A stretch of 63,962 nucleotides of DNA, the filler included, from Asterionella formosa (Eukaryota), in NCBI GenBank assembly GCA_002256025.1. It is 27 parts of 27 records of this genome, joined end to end, with 100 filler letters (N's around TTAATTAATTAA, not from the genome) between each part and the next. Parts side by side here need not be neighbours in the genome. Positions count along the whole stretch, not along the records: positions 50,119 to 51,568 come from NKIB01002379.1; positions 51,669 to 53,118 come from NKIB01002381.1; positions 53,219 to 54,668 come from NKIB01002382.1; positions 54,769 to 56,217 come from NKIB01002383.1; positions 56,318 to 57,766 come from NKIB01002384.1; positions 57,867 to 59,315 come from NKIB01002385.1; positions 59,416 to 60,864 come from NKIB01002386.1; positions 60,965 to 62,413 come from NKIB01002387.1; 19 more parts are not named here. One strand, 5' to 3'. Both the position numbers and the translations under genes were made by a program. The notes beneath the pieces were generated by a model that was not told where the DNA came from, made no database searches, and was given only the letters and a program-made list of their open reading frames with translations. Of this stretch, positions 50,119-62,413 are shown piece by piece (positions within the stretch are counted from its first letter, which is position 1; every line of letters begins with the position of its first letter).

Positions 50119-51568
50119 AATTACATCAGGACCCTTTGGAAGCAAATACGGCGCACTAGCAATCTTAGCAGCATATGTAAGGGCCCCAATATTCTTTGGG
50201 ACAATGCTGTTGTTGAAATAGTTGCAGTCTTGGTAGAATGCAGTGCCAATCTCGAAGGACATAGCGGCAGCACCTAAGGTACCATATGCCCAATCATTAC
50301 TACCACCAGAAACGAGGTACAAAAATGCAGCTCTAGTAGGACCAGACAAAGCGTATCCATTGAAATGTTTGCACTTGTTAACAAGGGCCTCAAAGGCATA
50401 ATCATTGGGGCCCTTGGAATTTTGAAAACTCCACGGAAAAATCATGATTTCTTTATAGGAATGAATGTCCATGAAAACACCTTTGGCAGACTGGGGGTAA
50501 GCTACACCAAGTTGAGTACCTTCTGGATAAGTCTTGCGTTGGTCAGTGGGAAAGAGAGCTTTGGTGTATTCGACAATAGCCTTCACTTCGGGCTCCGAAG
50601 CGGCTGAAGGACCGCGGTACGTTTCAGCACATGGGTCGCTTGATGACCCAGAGCCAAGTCCCCATTTGAAGGGAAAGTTGCGATTCAGGTCTACACCCCC
50701 CGAGGTACCGCATTTGCCGGAGTAGTCATGCGTATTCTTTCGCTGCCAGACATTACGGTTCGTCTCGGCGATTTGGCGGCCGTCAGGGTTCGACTCCAGT
50801 ACAAGGTGGATTTCAGTGTGATCCAAGATGGACGTGATGTCGGCATCTGTGCTATATCCATTGACAAGGTATTCAGCCCATCGTGCGACAAGCTCAGGAG
50901 GAGCATACTCACGGGCATGGATACCAGCCATGATGAACATGGGAGCCTTGTTCGTTGATCGCCCTGCTGCCGACACCCCATTTCCAGTGAGAACGAGTGC
51001 CGTCATGTTGTATCCATTGTATGATTTTCCAAAGACATTTATCTTGATTGAGAGGTTGGGAATCTGCTGGGCCTTAGATACCATGTCATCCATCCAAGAC
51101 TTCATACCAGCAAGGCTTCGATAGCATGGGAAATCAGTGATGGTCGCGTAAGACTGAATACTTCTGGTCAGCTGGAAAAAGTTGCTGTCAGCAAGCGATT
51201 GATACATTCTATTAGTCTCCGCAAAATCTTGCTGCAAATTGAAAGCAGTCGAAAAGCGCCCGTTAACAGCAGATCGAGGCGCACCACCAGCAGCAGTCAA
51301 CAACTCAATGCGACGAAGTTCATTGGAGTTGCGAACCAAGAAGGAAATCCGACAGAAGGAAGATCCAGTTCCATTGTAAGGCGAAGGCATGTCCCACTCG
51401 ACGATATCAATCAAATCTACTTCGGCAGTAAAGTGAATGTTGTTCTGGGCTGATGAGGAGTCATCGCTCGCGGTGCCAGGACACGGAACTACCGCAGTAT
51501 ACATTCTAGGGAAACTCGCAATAGTCTTGTTTCTGACAAGAGATTGAGATCTCCTCTCGATGGATGGA
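50119..51568 (-). CDS. M14 zinc carboxypeptidase, partial
   Basis: GIHAREY (HxxE), NPDG, RKN, GVDLNRNF, DIHSY, GGSNDW, FEIG. Confidence 0.93.
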
Positions 51569-51811
51569 NNNNNNNNNNNNNNNNNNNNNNNNNNNNNNNN
51601 NNNNNNNNNNNNTTAATTAATTAANNNNNNNNNNNNNNNNNNNNNNNNNNNNNNNNNNNNNNNNNNNNATTCAGTAGAAATACAGCAGCAGCTGGCAGCA
51701 TGACAAACATCACGCCAAGGCACACTAACAACTCATGATTTACGGAGCCCTGTTATCATATGACATTAACACAGAATCAGAAAGCATCAATACTCAATCC
51801 TGAATTCCATC

Positions 51812-52119
51812 CGAATGCTCCTGAATTGAAAGGGTTTGCTGCAATGTCAATTGAATCCTCGACTCAAATAAAAGAACTCTGCAATACAGTTGAATGGTGA
51901 GTGTGTTCTTGTTGTTTACCTAAATGCTAGTATGGCTTGTCAGCTCACGCATTGTTGTTGACAACAGGCAGGGACAATGAGGTCCGGAATGAAAGTTGTT
52001 CTGGTAAGATTACTGCGCTATTTTGACGGCTATATAAGCAACGCTACTGATAACTCACACTGATCTTCCTCTACATTCAATTGACATTGCAGCAAACCCT
52101 TTCAGTGCAGGAGCATTCG
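51812..52119. repeat. 45-bp inverted repeat pair (MITE-like or fold-back)
   Basis: 51812-51856 is the reverse complement of 52075-52119, with 2 mismatches. Confidence 0.8.
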
Positions 52120-52234
52120 CATGCCGTTCCGAATGAGCAGGCTTTATTTCATTAATGAAACTCTTTAATTTAGTTGAATGAACTCCAGAAAATTACGTAA
52201 ACAAATGTTACATATTAAGTGAACTTTATTCTAG

Positions 52235-52356
52235 AATTATGTGAACGAAATTACAGAATAACGTGAAGTATTTCAAATAATTATGTGAAGTATTTTCAAA
52301 TAATTATGTGAAGTATTCCAAATAATTATGTGAAGTATTTCAAATAATTATGTGAA
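52235..52356 (+). repeat. 22-23-bp tandem repeat
   Basis: aataattatgtgaagtatt(t)tca, about 4-5 copies. Confidence 0.9.
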
Positions 52357-52551
52357 GGTGATCACATAATATAGTGATGATCAGGAATGCATGCATGATA
52401 CTTTGATCAAATATTTAACGTGATGTATTCAGATGATATATAGACATGTTCAACTACGTATTTTGATGTATTCAACTAATTCATGTGATGCATTCAAAAT
52501 CAACTAGGCTTATTTACGTGATGGTCACTTCACGTAATACGCGGCTTAGAT

Positions 52552-53118
52552 GTTTGTTCCAACAGAAGTGAATAGGTCCAACGAGCGACAAGAGCACTTA
52601 CGCAATTTGGTTTGGTTTTGTTTTACATTGGTGCTCCCCAACAAGCGAAACGAGCTGTTGAATCAACTGAGAAAAAAGGAAATGTGGCTGCGTTTAGTTA
52701 ACAATTTGTTGTTGTCCTGCCTGCCTCCCAACGATTGTCATCCAAGTACCACGCACATTGATGGCTTCATTACCTTAAACATTCTCCATCCTTCGAATGC
52801 GCAATGTGTCGAAGTCACAATGTTTTTCGTTATGTATTGCGTAAACTTTCTTTGCTGTCATGTGCTTTACTACGACGTATCTTTTCATGAAGCAGCAGGC
52901 ATTGATTGTTAACGTGACAGAACGATTTGAAAAATATATTGGCCATGAATATAGTAATAAAATTTGTAAATATATATATATATATAGCGTAATACATTTT
53001 ATAAAATTCAAAGGCGCTCTCGATATGGAACATCTGATATGGTTGAGATGATCATACTCGCATATACATAATTCGAAAATACTCAATGCACTATATGTCC
53101 ATTGTTTTCCACGACTAC
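52552..53118 (+). repeat. Dispersed repeat family A, third copy
   Basis: Matches 5070-5628 and 12617-13173. Confidence 0.9.
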
Positions 53119-53224
53119 NNNNNNNNNNNNNNNNNNNNNNNNNNNNNNNNNNNNNNNNNNNNTTAATTAATTAANNNNNNNNNNNNNNNNNNNNNNNNNN
53201 NNNNNNNNNNNNNNNNNNTTCGGT

Positions 53225-54225
53225 TCTTGTGGACTGCTGCATGACCAGTATCCCAAACCATCTTACTCCGCCAATTTAAGACCAATTTCTATCCAGCAAA
53301 GTTTTCGATGTACACGAGATCAAAGTCGTCATGAACAATGTCGATATTCTCAGAACGACTATATATTGATCAATGGAGGCATCAGGATGAGTAAAATTTT
53401 CGGATGCTTGTGGACTGATTATCAGTGCTGTGGCTGCAACAAGAATTCCAAACCTCCTCTCTCCACCAATGTAAGGCCGATTTCTATTCAGCACAGTATT
53501 CGATGTCCACGAGAGCAATACCTTCATGGAAAATATCCATGTTCTCAGAATGAACATATATTGATTCAATGGGTCATCAGGATATGAAATAAATATTCTT
53601 TGCTTGTGGACTGATCATAAGTACTGTGGCAACAAAACTTCCATGCCTCCTTTCTCCACCAATTTACAGCTGCTTATCCTTTCCTTCTTTTTCTATATTG
53701 TACTTGCTAGATTTATCGCTGTAGACTATTTGTAGCCGCTCCGAAAAGGAGAAGGCCATTGAGGCACATCTCAATTTTGACTCACCTTCGGCAACATGCA
53801 TTGAATGTTAAAATATGCAACAGCTGTTTCTAAACAATTTTACGAATTCATTTGTTGACAGTTGCTCCTCCTTTCATTCTTTTTCTATATTTTACTTGCT
53901 AGATTTATCGCTGTAGAATATTTGTAGCCGCTCCGAGAAGGAGACAGCCATTGCCGCACATCTCAATTTTGACTCACTATCATGGCAACATGCATTGAAT
54001 ATTTAAAACTATCATGGCAACATGCATTGAATATTTAAAATATGCAACAGCTGTTTCTTAACGAATTTACGAATTCAATTGTTGTCAGCTGCTTATCCTT
54101 TCCTTCTTTTTCTATATTGTACTTGCTAGAGTTATCTCTGTAGACTTTTTGTAGCTGCTCCGAAACGGAGAAGGCCATTGTGGCACATCTCAATTTCGAT
54201 TCACTACGGAGACATGCAATGCTCC
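53225..54225 (+). repeat. Two adjacent degenerate tandem arrays of about 180-220-bp units
   Basis: ttgtggactg...ctccaccaat recurs at about 53227, 53408 and 53604. tttttctatatt.tacttgctaga...cacatctcaatttt recurs at about 53688, 53880 and 54107. Confidence 0.8.
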
Positions 54226-55384
54226 ACGATGCTCAACGAGTACCAACGGTGCTTTATTTCCAATCTTTTAGGCTATTGTAATCTCTACAATCAACAATGA
54301 CTTAATAATGTGTCTTCAACATCAACTACTACTACGTGTGCTGAACTCTACTGTGTGAATCTTCCTCTTGCATGTGTTATTCTTTGCCAGTTCAGATCAA
54401 AGAAATATGTCGGAGCGGAAAAAATAATAAGTGAATCGGAATTGGCGACTCTTTCGTTCATTATATGGTGAAAGCAGCATAATATTGCGGCAGAGCAGCA
54501 TAATTTCGCTTTTAAACTGTTGCGATGGCTGGTTGGTCAACATATATTGTCACGAACACACATAATTATTGGTGTGATCACATAATTATTCGATAAGTGA
54601 AATAAATTTTTGTTTAACCCGAATAAATTAGGGAAAAAGTAGCATAATATTTCAAAAAAGTAACATAANNNNNNNNNNNNNNNNNNNNNNNNNNNNNNNN
54701 NNNNNNNNNNNNTTAATTAATTAANNNNNNNNNNNNNNNNNNNNNNNNNNNNNNNNNNNNNNNNNNNNAAGCTACAATGTAGCTAGCTAGCAGAACTGAA
54801 AACAATGGTGACATGGTACAAGCGCAACAGCAATGCGCCGCTTCCAACAACCAGACAGAACTTGTTGGCAAGATACTTGGAGACTTGTTGCTGCTGTCAC
54901 TTTTAGTATCCCAACAGTGAAAAGATGCGTTTCCATAATTATTCAAATATGAAAAGTAAACACGATTGATTCGTACACCAGTACCGGTAGTTGGTATCTT
55001 CCTATTACAACATAGGTTGCTTGATGTCAGCAACTTGAAGTTAGCAATTAGCGATTTAATGTCAGTAGTCAGCAAATGAAGTCAGCAGTCAGCGAATATT
55101 TCAAATTTTCAGCAAATCAAGTGAGCACCAGTTAGCAACAAGAGGTCCGCAGTCAGCAAGTTGAAGTTGGTAGTCAGCGATTCTGCTGTGAAAGATGGTA
55201 GCGCTTTTCCGTTTCAAACTTTATAATGGTTAAAGGTAACATGAATACACGGAAATATTTTGAGATTTTTCATCATTTCGGAATTGGTGAGCTGGTCAGA
55301 CTTCAAATGTTGTAGATTGAAACCGCTACGTAGAATTTTTAGTTCACAGTGCGCGCAATTCGCTGGTTACTGGACCTTCAAACA

Positions 55385-55870
55385 GGTATCATACAGGTAC
55401 CAGGTACCGGTGTATGTCCAGGGAAAGTTGGCTGGATTGATATCATTCCTTCGAGCTCTCTATGTATTTTGTATTTTACCGGTATGAACAAATCCTTTGA
55501 TTAATCATTCCACGAGCTCTGTGTATTGTTTATCCAAGTTCGATGCAAGGTACCAGGTACCTGATACCAGGCTCCACTACAAGGTACTACCGGTTAAGCA
55601 ATTTTCAATGCTTACCGGTAGGTGATCTTGCGTACTGTAGACAAAAATACCTCGTAATGGTACTTCCTGCACCGGTATTGGTACAATTAGTACCAGGTAC
55701 TCTACCCCTGGTACCAGGCACCAGGTAAAAACCCACCATGATACCGGTACCAGGGTTACCTCGTACCAGGTACCGGTACCAACCTCAATACAAAGTCAGG
55801 TACGAGGTACCTGGTACCAGGGATACTGAAATGATCAGGATGATTTATACAGCGTACCGGTACACTGGTG
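55385..55870. repeat. Dense GGTACC/TACCAGG/TACCGGTA tract
   Basis: Many gtaccagg, cctggtac and taccggta units in both orientations. Confidence 0.85.
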
Positions 55871-56317
55871 GTATGACCACGGAGTGGCTTGGCGGGTCAC
55901 TTGTGCATTCATTGCGTCGCCTTTCACGTACATCGTAGCTTTGCTCATGTTTAATTATTTCTCCCTTGTTTGTTTCTTGAATCAAACTGTACACACTGTC
56001 CATTTTATTCGTTCTGCTACCGGTATAGCAATATAGTACTACTATTATTGGATCCAGACAATTCCCATTGTTCAGACGTAGCCAGACAGTACAGTACAGT
56101 ACAGCACAGCACAGCGCACAACACAAAGACGGCTTTGGCGTGACGTGACCCGGGTTGCCCACCATTTTGCCACCTACAGACGGCCCAAGCAACAAGAGCA
56201 TCCTACTACGCCGGAAANNNNNNNNNNNNNNNNNNNNNNNNNNNNNNNNNNNNNNNNNNNNTTAATTAATTAANNNNNNNNNNNNNNNNNNNNNNNNNNN
56301 NNNNNNNNNNNNNNNNN

Positions 56318-57205
56318 TGGACGTACACGAAGGCAATAGAAGAGGAAAATGACAATAGAGAAACACCTGTCACAGTGGAGCCCAAAGATACCAAGAGAGA
56401 TCATAAATTTCACTCTTTCGTGTACAGATTCTTTACAAGACGCCCTGCTAATGCGACAGTATCCGATCCTGACGAAGACAACGAAACATCCCTGCCCCCA
56501 ATTGTGTTTTCTATCCTGGGTACCTCGGTTGAGGATTTTACGCGCCAGCCCCATGTATTGTCACCACCAATGATGGATTCTCTCAGATCCTACCTTCCAT
56601 TTGTAGTTCAACAAGATAATTTCTGGATCAAGTATTCTCTTGTTAGAGATGGAGCATCCTTGCGATGTCTTTTATCCAAAGTGAGAACGTCAGCGAGATG
56701 CTTGATTGCTATTGAAACTATGGACGGTCATGTCTTCGGATCTTTCACATCAACTCCATTTAGAGTCAACTCAAAGGGACCTTACGGCAGTGGCGAGGCG
56801 TTTGTGTGGAAACTAAGTCAGTCAAGACTGACGCCCTGTACTACTGTGGAGGATCAAGTAGCCCTCGAATCTACACTCCAAGTTTTTGAATGGACAGGGG
56901 AAAATCGAAATGTGCAATGCCTCCATACTGTAGATTCGTCGCTGATGATAGGTGGCGGCGGTCCCGACAGTGCTCCTGCACTTCCTGGAGGGTCAGCTCT
57001 GACGATTTCATCCTCCATGGACCATGGCTTCTCGGACCCATGTGTCACGTTTGATTCTCCTAGTCTCTGTACAGATAGCGGCATGTTTCAGATTGCCAAC
57101 TTAGAAGTATGGACCTTGACTCCTGTGAATCAGCAGGACCAAGCCGAACGGCTTGAGTTGAGTCGCCAGTTTGTCTTCGATCATGGACATTTCGCAGAAT
57201 ATTGA
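56318..57205 (+). CDS. TLDc-domain (OXR1/NCOA7-like) protein, 5'-truncated
   Basis: W.KYSLVRDGASL, AIETMDGHVFGSF, YGSGEAFVW, IGGGG, C.TF.SP.L, LEVW. The frame is open from the contig start. Confidence 0.92.
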   Translation, partial: WTYTKAIEEENDNRETPVTVEPKDTKRDHKFHSFVYRFFTRRPANATVSDPDEDNETSLPPIVFSILGTSVEDFTRQPHVLSPPMMDSLRSYLPFVVQQDNFWIKYSLVRDGASLRCLLSKVRTSARCLIAIETMDGHVFGSFTSTPFRVNSKGPYGSGEAFVWKLSQSRLTPCTTVEDQVALESTLQVFEWTGENRNVQCLHTVDSSLMIGGGGPDSAPALPGGSALTISSSMDHGFSDPCVTFDSPSLCTDSGMFQIANLEVWTLTPVNQQDQAERLELSRQFVFDHGHFAEY

Positions 57206-57519
57206 GAAAAGCAAATGTAGCTGGCATAGCATTACTAGTTGTTGACAGTGTGTAGAACAAGATGAGCTCTGAGAGTTCACTTTTTGCATCATCACCGGAG
57301 TCAGCGTTCGTCTGCAAGTAATTATTCGTTCACGTAGAAGCATTGAGGATTCATGGGTGATTCATCTATTGCTGATGTGGAGTTATTGCATCAATACTAA
57401 ACTTTGAAAAATAACCTAATACTTGAATAATCCTGAAATAACTCCATTCCATAAATTTTCTATACATTAATAATGCGAAATTCTTGCAATCCTGCTCCAT
57501 ATGTCCCAACTTCTGTTTC

Positions 57520-57766
57520 CTAAACAACATCCGCACTGTTCCCTCCTTCTTGTGACGTCAAAGCCACCGTTTCTTCCTCCTTCTCCAACAAAGAGGAGCT
57601 CTTGTCCCCGCCCTGCATAGGAAGACGGCGTTTCAGCAAGATAGCTTGCAACAACGTTGCAAGGGCCAACATACAGCCGTTTAAGGTGAAGGATTGAGTC
57701 GGAGTCAAGTCGGTCAACAAGGAGAACAAAACAATAAAATTCAATGGGATTCTGTATAGATTGTAA
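57520..57766 (-). CDS. MFS transporter C-terminus, MFSD5/MOT2 (molybdate-anion transporter)-like
   Basis: YNLYRIPLNFIVL followed by a final TM helix and an acidic tail. Confidence 0.65.
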
Positions 57767-57866
57767 NNNNNNNNNNNNNNNNNNNNNNNNNNNNNNNNNN
57801 NNNNNNNNNNTTAATTAATTAANNNNNNNNNNNNNNNNNNNNNNNNNNNNNNNNNNNNNNNNNNNN

Positions 57867-57992
57867 TTTTTGGTGATACAATTTTATTTTTATTTTTGTG
57901 GAGAATGGATTTTTTCGGTTTAAATCGAGTAGCCGTTACATGATACTTTTTCAAAAAAAATGATACCAAATCGAAAATGATAAGAACGACCC
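57867..57992 (-). mobile_element. Terminus of a related PIF/Harbinger element
   Basis: atgataagaacgaccc followed by TAA. The subterminal aaatcgagt..ccgtt..tgatac resembles 4333-4411. Confidence 0.7.
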
Positions 57993-58673
57993 TAAAATTC
58001 AACCTTCTCCTATATAACGATTTTTACATACCAGCTGGAGTAACACCGGTATTTTTCCAATAAATGTACCGGTTGTACTGACACCGTTGTTCCAGTACAC
58101 TGTCTAAAAAGTGTAATTAATAGCTCGTAATTTCTCAAAATGTCCTGTATAAGTTTATATTTCAACAACATATTTATTACTTTTATGTATGGTGTATATA
58201 CAATACAGGGCATATATACAAACATATTTTAGGATGGACAAAAGTTCCGGCATCATCATGGTGATGATTTCATGTAGAACTCAACGACATCAATTGGTAT
58301 AGAAATTAGTTTTCGGGTAGACTATGTTAGTACTACCGGTAGGATGTGTCAAGCAAATGAATCATATTTTTACCTATGCCCAAAGGTACATATAAGCCCT
58401 TTCTTTCATCATTCCCCTACTACCGGTAGTCGATGCCGTTAGTTAGTTCAATCGTATAGATACGATCATCCTTGTGCATCATATGTAGCTATATGTACTA
58501 AATATTGGTACCGATTTATGAGGATCGACAAAATTTCCGGCATCTTCCATCTATCCTGAATCTTTTACGTAGAAACCCAAAAAACTCTTTTTTCACTCGA
58601 ACAAGAACCAAAAAAAAGAAGTCGATCTGTTCGTCAACACAATAGACAACTTCCCTTTACAATCAAGACGATA

Positions 58674-59117
58674 TTGACAATGGAACCAGCATCAGCATTA
58701 GTCTCAGTATTGGGCCCTCTGATTTGCTTCTCGATGAGACCAATATTCTGTCATGTTCATACAGATATTCCACTTATTTTTAGGGGACAGCAAGTGAGAG
58801 AATTCTGCCACAGATGCGAAGCCGAATTCACTTCTGCTTCGCCGGGAACTCAGCCACCTCCGGGACCGCAGCCACCGCCGGGAACTCAGCCACCTCCGGG
58901 ACCGCAGCCACATATGAGTGACAGCACATTGAATATGTCTTACGTCAATCATTACCTGAATAACTTTTGTTATTTACAGGATAATTACAGGTTGGATATC
59001 ACCGCTATTTTAACACGGGATATTTTAAAATGCAAAGGTAGATTCAATATATCATTCCATATGCACATCTCAAGACCTGATTCCGGTCTCATCCTTTCTT
59101 TGCCTATGAATGCATAA
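58674..59117 (+). CDS. Hypothetical ORF in repeat family B with (QPPPG[T/P])4
   Basis: 18-bp tandem unit at about 58842-58910, CxxH...CxxC upstream, then the module MSDSTLNMSYVNHYLNN shared with other copies. Confidence 0.35.
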   Translation: MTMEPASALVSVLGPLICFSMRPIFCHVHTDIPLIFRGQQVREFCHRCEAEFTSASPGTQPPPGPQPPPGTQPPPGPQPHMSDSTLNMSYVNHYLNNFCYLQDNYRLDITAILTRDILKCKGRFNISFHMHISRPDSGLILSLPMNA

Positions 59118-60044
59118 GCTTAATTGCATCCCATTCTCATGTCATAAGTAACCCAAGCATTGGTGGCTGCGTTGTATATGCATGACAAAAGATGAATATT
59201 ATTTGATCGCGGTGGGTCCTGATCTTTAACTTATGAATGGATTGCACTTCAGGACATTTCGTTGTAAATCGAACATTTATAATTAATATATACCATGCAT
59301 AGCAGGTATGATCCCNNNNNNNNNNNNNNNNNNNNNNNNNNNNNNNNNNNNNNNNNNNNTTAATTAATTAANNNNNNNNNNNNNNNNNNNNNNNNNNNNN
59401 NNNNNNNNNNNNNNNACAAACACGTAGCTTTGATATTCATTGCGAAATAGCTAACATTGAAAATCGGCAGAAGCTACATGGTGTTCGACCGCAATGACAA
59501 TATCTCCATGATTTCTTGCTGGATCAATACCCAAGTAGCTAGTTCGCACATAACCGTTGTATATCAAGTAGACATATTCTATAATATCAGAAGCTGAAAA
59601 CAACTATTGGTTTGCTTTTAATTTGTGATTTATCTGTTAACAATAGGCATATCATCATTGTCATCATGTAAGCGGTACCAAACCAGCAAACATCATGTTC
59701 CTATGACATACATGCTTGTACTCCTAGTAGCTATTTACAAACAACCATATACTGACATGAAGTCAATTGTTCCAGGGTGGTATCTGGTAGTCTGGTACTG
59801 TACCAGCTAACATTATGAATCGGTATTTGATACCGGTATGCATAAAGGGAGTTCCGGGAAAGTCCGAATATTGCGAATATTTGTCCGAAGATGCAGACCG
59901 GGTACGCTATATACCGGTAATCAAACAAAATAACTGTACATTGTATAAATACAGTATATAGGAGTATACCCGAAGTTTATATTGTTTTATGATATTGTGT
60001 ACATGTATTATGCCTTGTATCGGTACCTGGTACAAGGTACGAGG

Positions 60045-60864
60045 TGTTAAATTCTTCTGCAGTTTGACTGCAATGCTAGCTCTTTCTAGACAAGCTCAGT
60101 GTAATAAAACCTTCTGCTCTAATCCCACCTTATTGTGAGCTTATCTGATCTATCTTGTAATCGTTCACATGACCAATTATTAAGGTTCTCTTCCCAAATT
60201 TGTATATAGATATTCATTGTGTTGTTAGACATTCAATTCTCAACTGACAACTCAACTCCACTCACTTAGTAGAACAATCGTGAATATTCAATGCTATATG
60301 CATTGCATATATACCTTTCCTTCATTGAAATATTTATTACTTAGAACATTCTCCATTCGAATATTTACCTTGGTTTGCTGATATAGTTCTTGGCAATCAA
60401 TGCTGTTCAAATTCTCACAGCATTTCAATACGGGATTTTGGCTGGAATATTATTCAAGATTGATTAGTTCGACTGAACTAATATGCACGCAGTACTAAAT
60501 CTTGACATCCTCCCTGTTCCAGTTCCAACAATCCATTGTCCCATTGCAAATATCATATGCATGCGATTCATGCACCTTCTGAGTTACATTCTTTGACAGC
60601 AGGTCACTAGGGTTTTCACATGTTTGTACAAAGACCACAACAACATATCCATCTTCAGTCTTCTCACGTATAAAATGATATCTGACATCAATATGCTTTG
60701 TCCTTGATCCAACTTGTTGGTTTTTGCTTAGGAAAGCAAATCGCTCCAGTGTTATCCTCAGCAATTATTGCTGGCAGTTCCACATAGTAGACCTCATCCA
60801 ATAGATTTGTAACAAATGTAGTATCCTTGACACCGTCGCTTAGGCTGACATACTCAGCTTCTGT
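60045..60864 (-). mobile_element. Copia 3' end: frameshifted RNase H, PPT and an LTR of about 463 bp
   Basis: TEAEY, EDNTGAI, then a frame break near 60737, then RTKHIDVRYHFIRE and NPSDLL. AGGGAGGA PPT before TGTCAAG at 60507; putative LTR end ...TTTAACA at 60045. Confidence 0.85.
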
Positions 60865-60964
60865 NNNNNNNNNNNNNNNNNNNNNNNNNNNNNNNNNNNN
60901 NNNNNNNNTTAATTAATTAANNNNNNNNNNNNNNNNNNNNNNNNNNNNNNNNNNNNNNNNNNNN

Positions 60965-61089
60965 TCGCCAATGGCAAGTCAGAAGAAGAGCTCAGCTTCG
61001 ATGACTTTGCCGACTGGTATACCAGAAAAGGATTCGGCAGCATTCCGTGGCTTGAACTCTTAGACCTACGGAAGTGGGTCCTGACATAA
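60965..61089 (+). CDS. 3' end of an unidentified gene (EF-hand-like C-terminus)
   Basis: ...ELSFDDFADWYTRKGFGSIPWLELLDLRKWVLT*; below the ORF-track size cutoff. Confidence 0.6.
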
Positions 61090-61523
61090 TCTTGATTTTT
61101 AAGATAGAAATGGGGTTAATCAACTGACCCTTTTGGATCGACAATTTTCTGTAAATATTGTTAAGCTGTTTGTATACTGCCGAAGGAACTTCTGTATCTC
61201 GAACTGCCTATTGCCACTATACTGATAAGTAAGCTTATGTCACACAAGAGTTTTTCATAGCTACCTCGCTAAGTCTGTCAACCACTAATGCTGCGAAACA
61301 GTTATAGCCGGTAATTTGCACACAATTATAGTCTCAAAATTTACCGGCAGGGAAATACTGGCATGAAGTGATCTAAAATATATCAAGTTTTGTCATCGCA
61401 CTCAAACGAGATTTTACCTCGTTCATATGAAAGAATTCTCCCATTCTGTATTGATCTGCCATCCGCCCTACCGTAGGTGCCTAGTCATAGCCATTCAATT
61501 GCAACTAAAATATATTAACATAT

Positions 61524-62413
61524 TTAGTCCTCTCGAGTGAAGACACGGACATGACCGGCATTGTCACCGTTGTTGTCATTAAAGAAACCTCCCCCAGCAA
61601 CAGTTTTTCCATCTCCAGACAATGCTCCTGAATAGCCGAACTGATCTTCCTTACTGACACCATCCAAATTCTGACCAACTTGTTGCCAATCAGTACCAGT
61701 AAAACGCCACACTTGAAGTACTCCTGCTTTAGGTTTTGTGCCATCTCCATCATTCCAGTCACCACCACTTGCCATTGTCAGACCATCACTAGACAAATCC
61801 AGAAAAATTCCAAATCGATCACCTGCTGCCTTGCCGACAATCGGCTTTCCTATATTCACCCATGTATTACCAGTTAGGTTAAACACTCTAACATGGCCTG
61901 CCCCGTCACCACTGTCGTCATTATCTGGTGCTCCACCAGCCACAATGTTTCCAGAACTTGAGAGTGCAACTGACCATCCAAACTGGTCACTTGACGCTAT
62001 TCCATCCAAGTCTTGACCGACCTGTCCCCAACTCGTGCCAATCAATCGAAACACTCTCACCCTGCCAATTTTGACTGTAGTTCCAGCAAAATACCTGGAA
62101 CCAACAGCCACCGTGAAACCATCTTGCGAAAGGGCCACAGAGAAGCCGAATTCCTCCCCAGCTGAAAATTTATCAATTGGACTACCCAATGACTGCCACT
62201 GGGTACCATTGAATTGAAAGATTTGGACCATTCCAGTGAACTTGTTTATACCATTTGCGTCTATGGTATGAGGTGCTCCACAAGCAACAATGCTTCCATC
62301 TCCCGAAAGTGCCAATGATTTGCCGAACAAGTCATTAGCAGTTGTTCCTTTCAAATCTTGACCAACTTGTTGCCAATCAGATCCAACGAAACGGAACACT
62401 CGGACGTAGCCGG
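61524..62413 (-). CDS. FG-GAP-like repeat beta-propeller protein, 5'-truncated
   Basis: At least five repeats of about 58 aa, W.QVGQDL.G....D.FG.S.ALS.DG..VA.G....G.VRVF. Confidence 0.88.
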
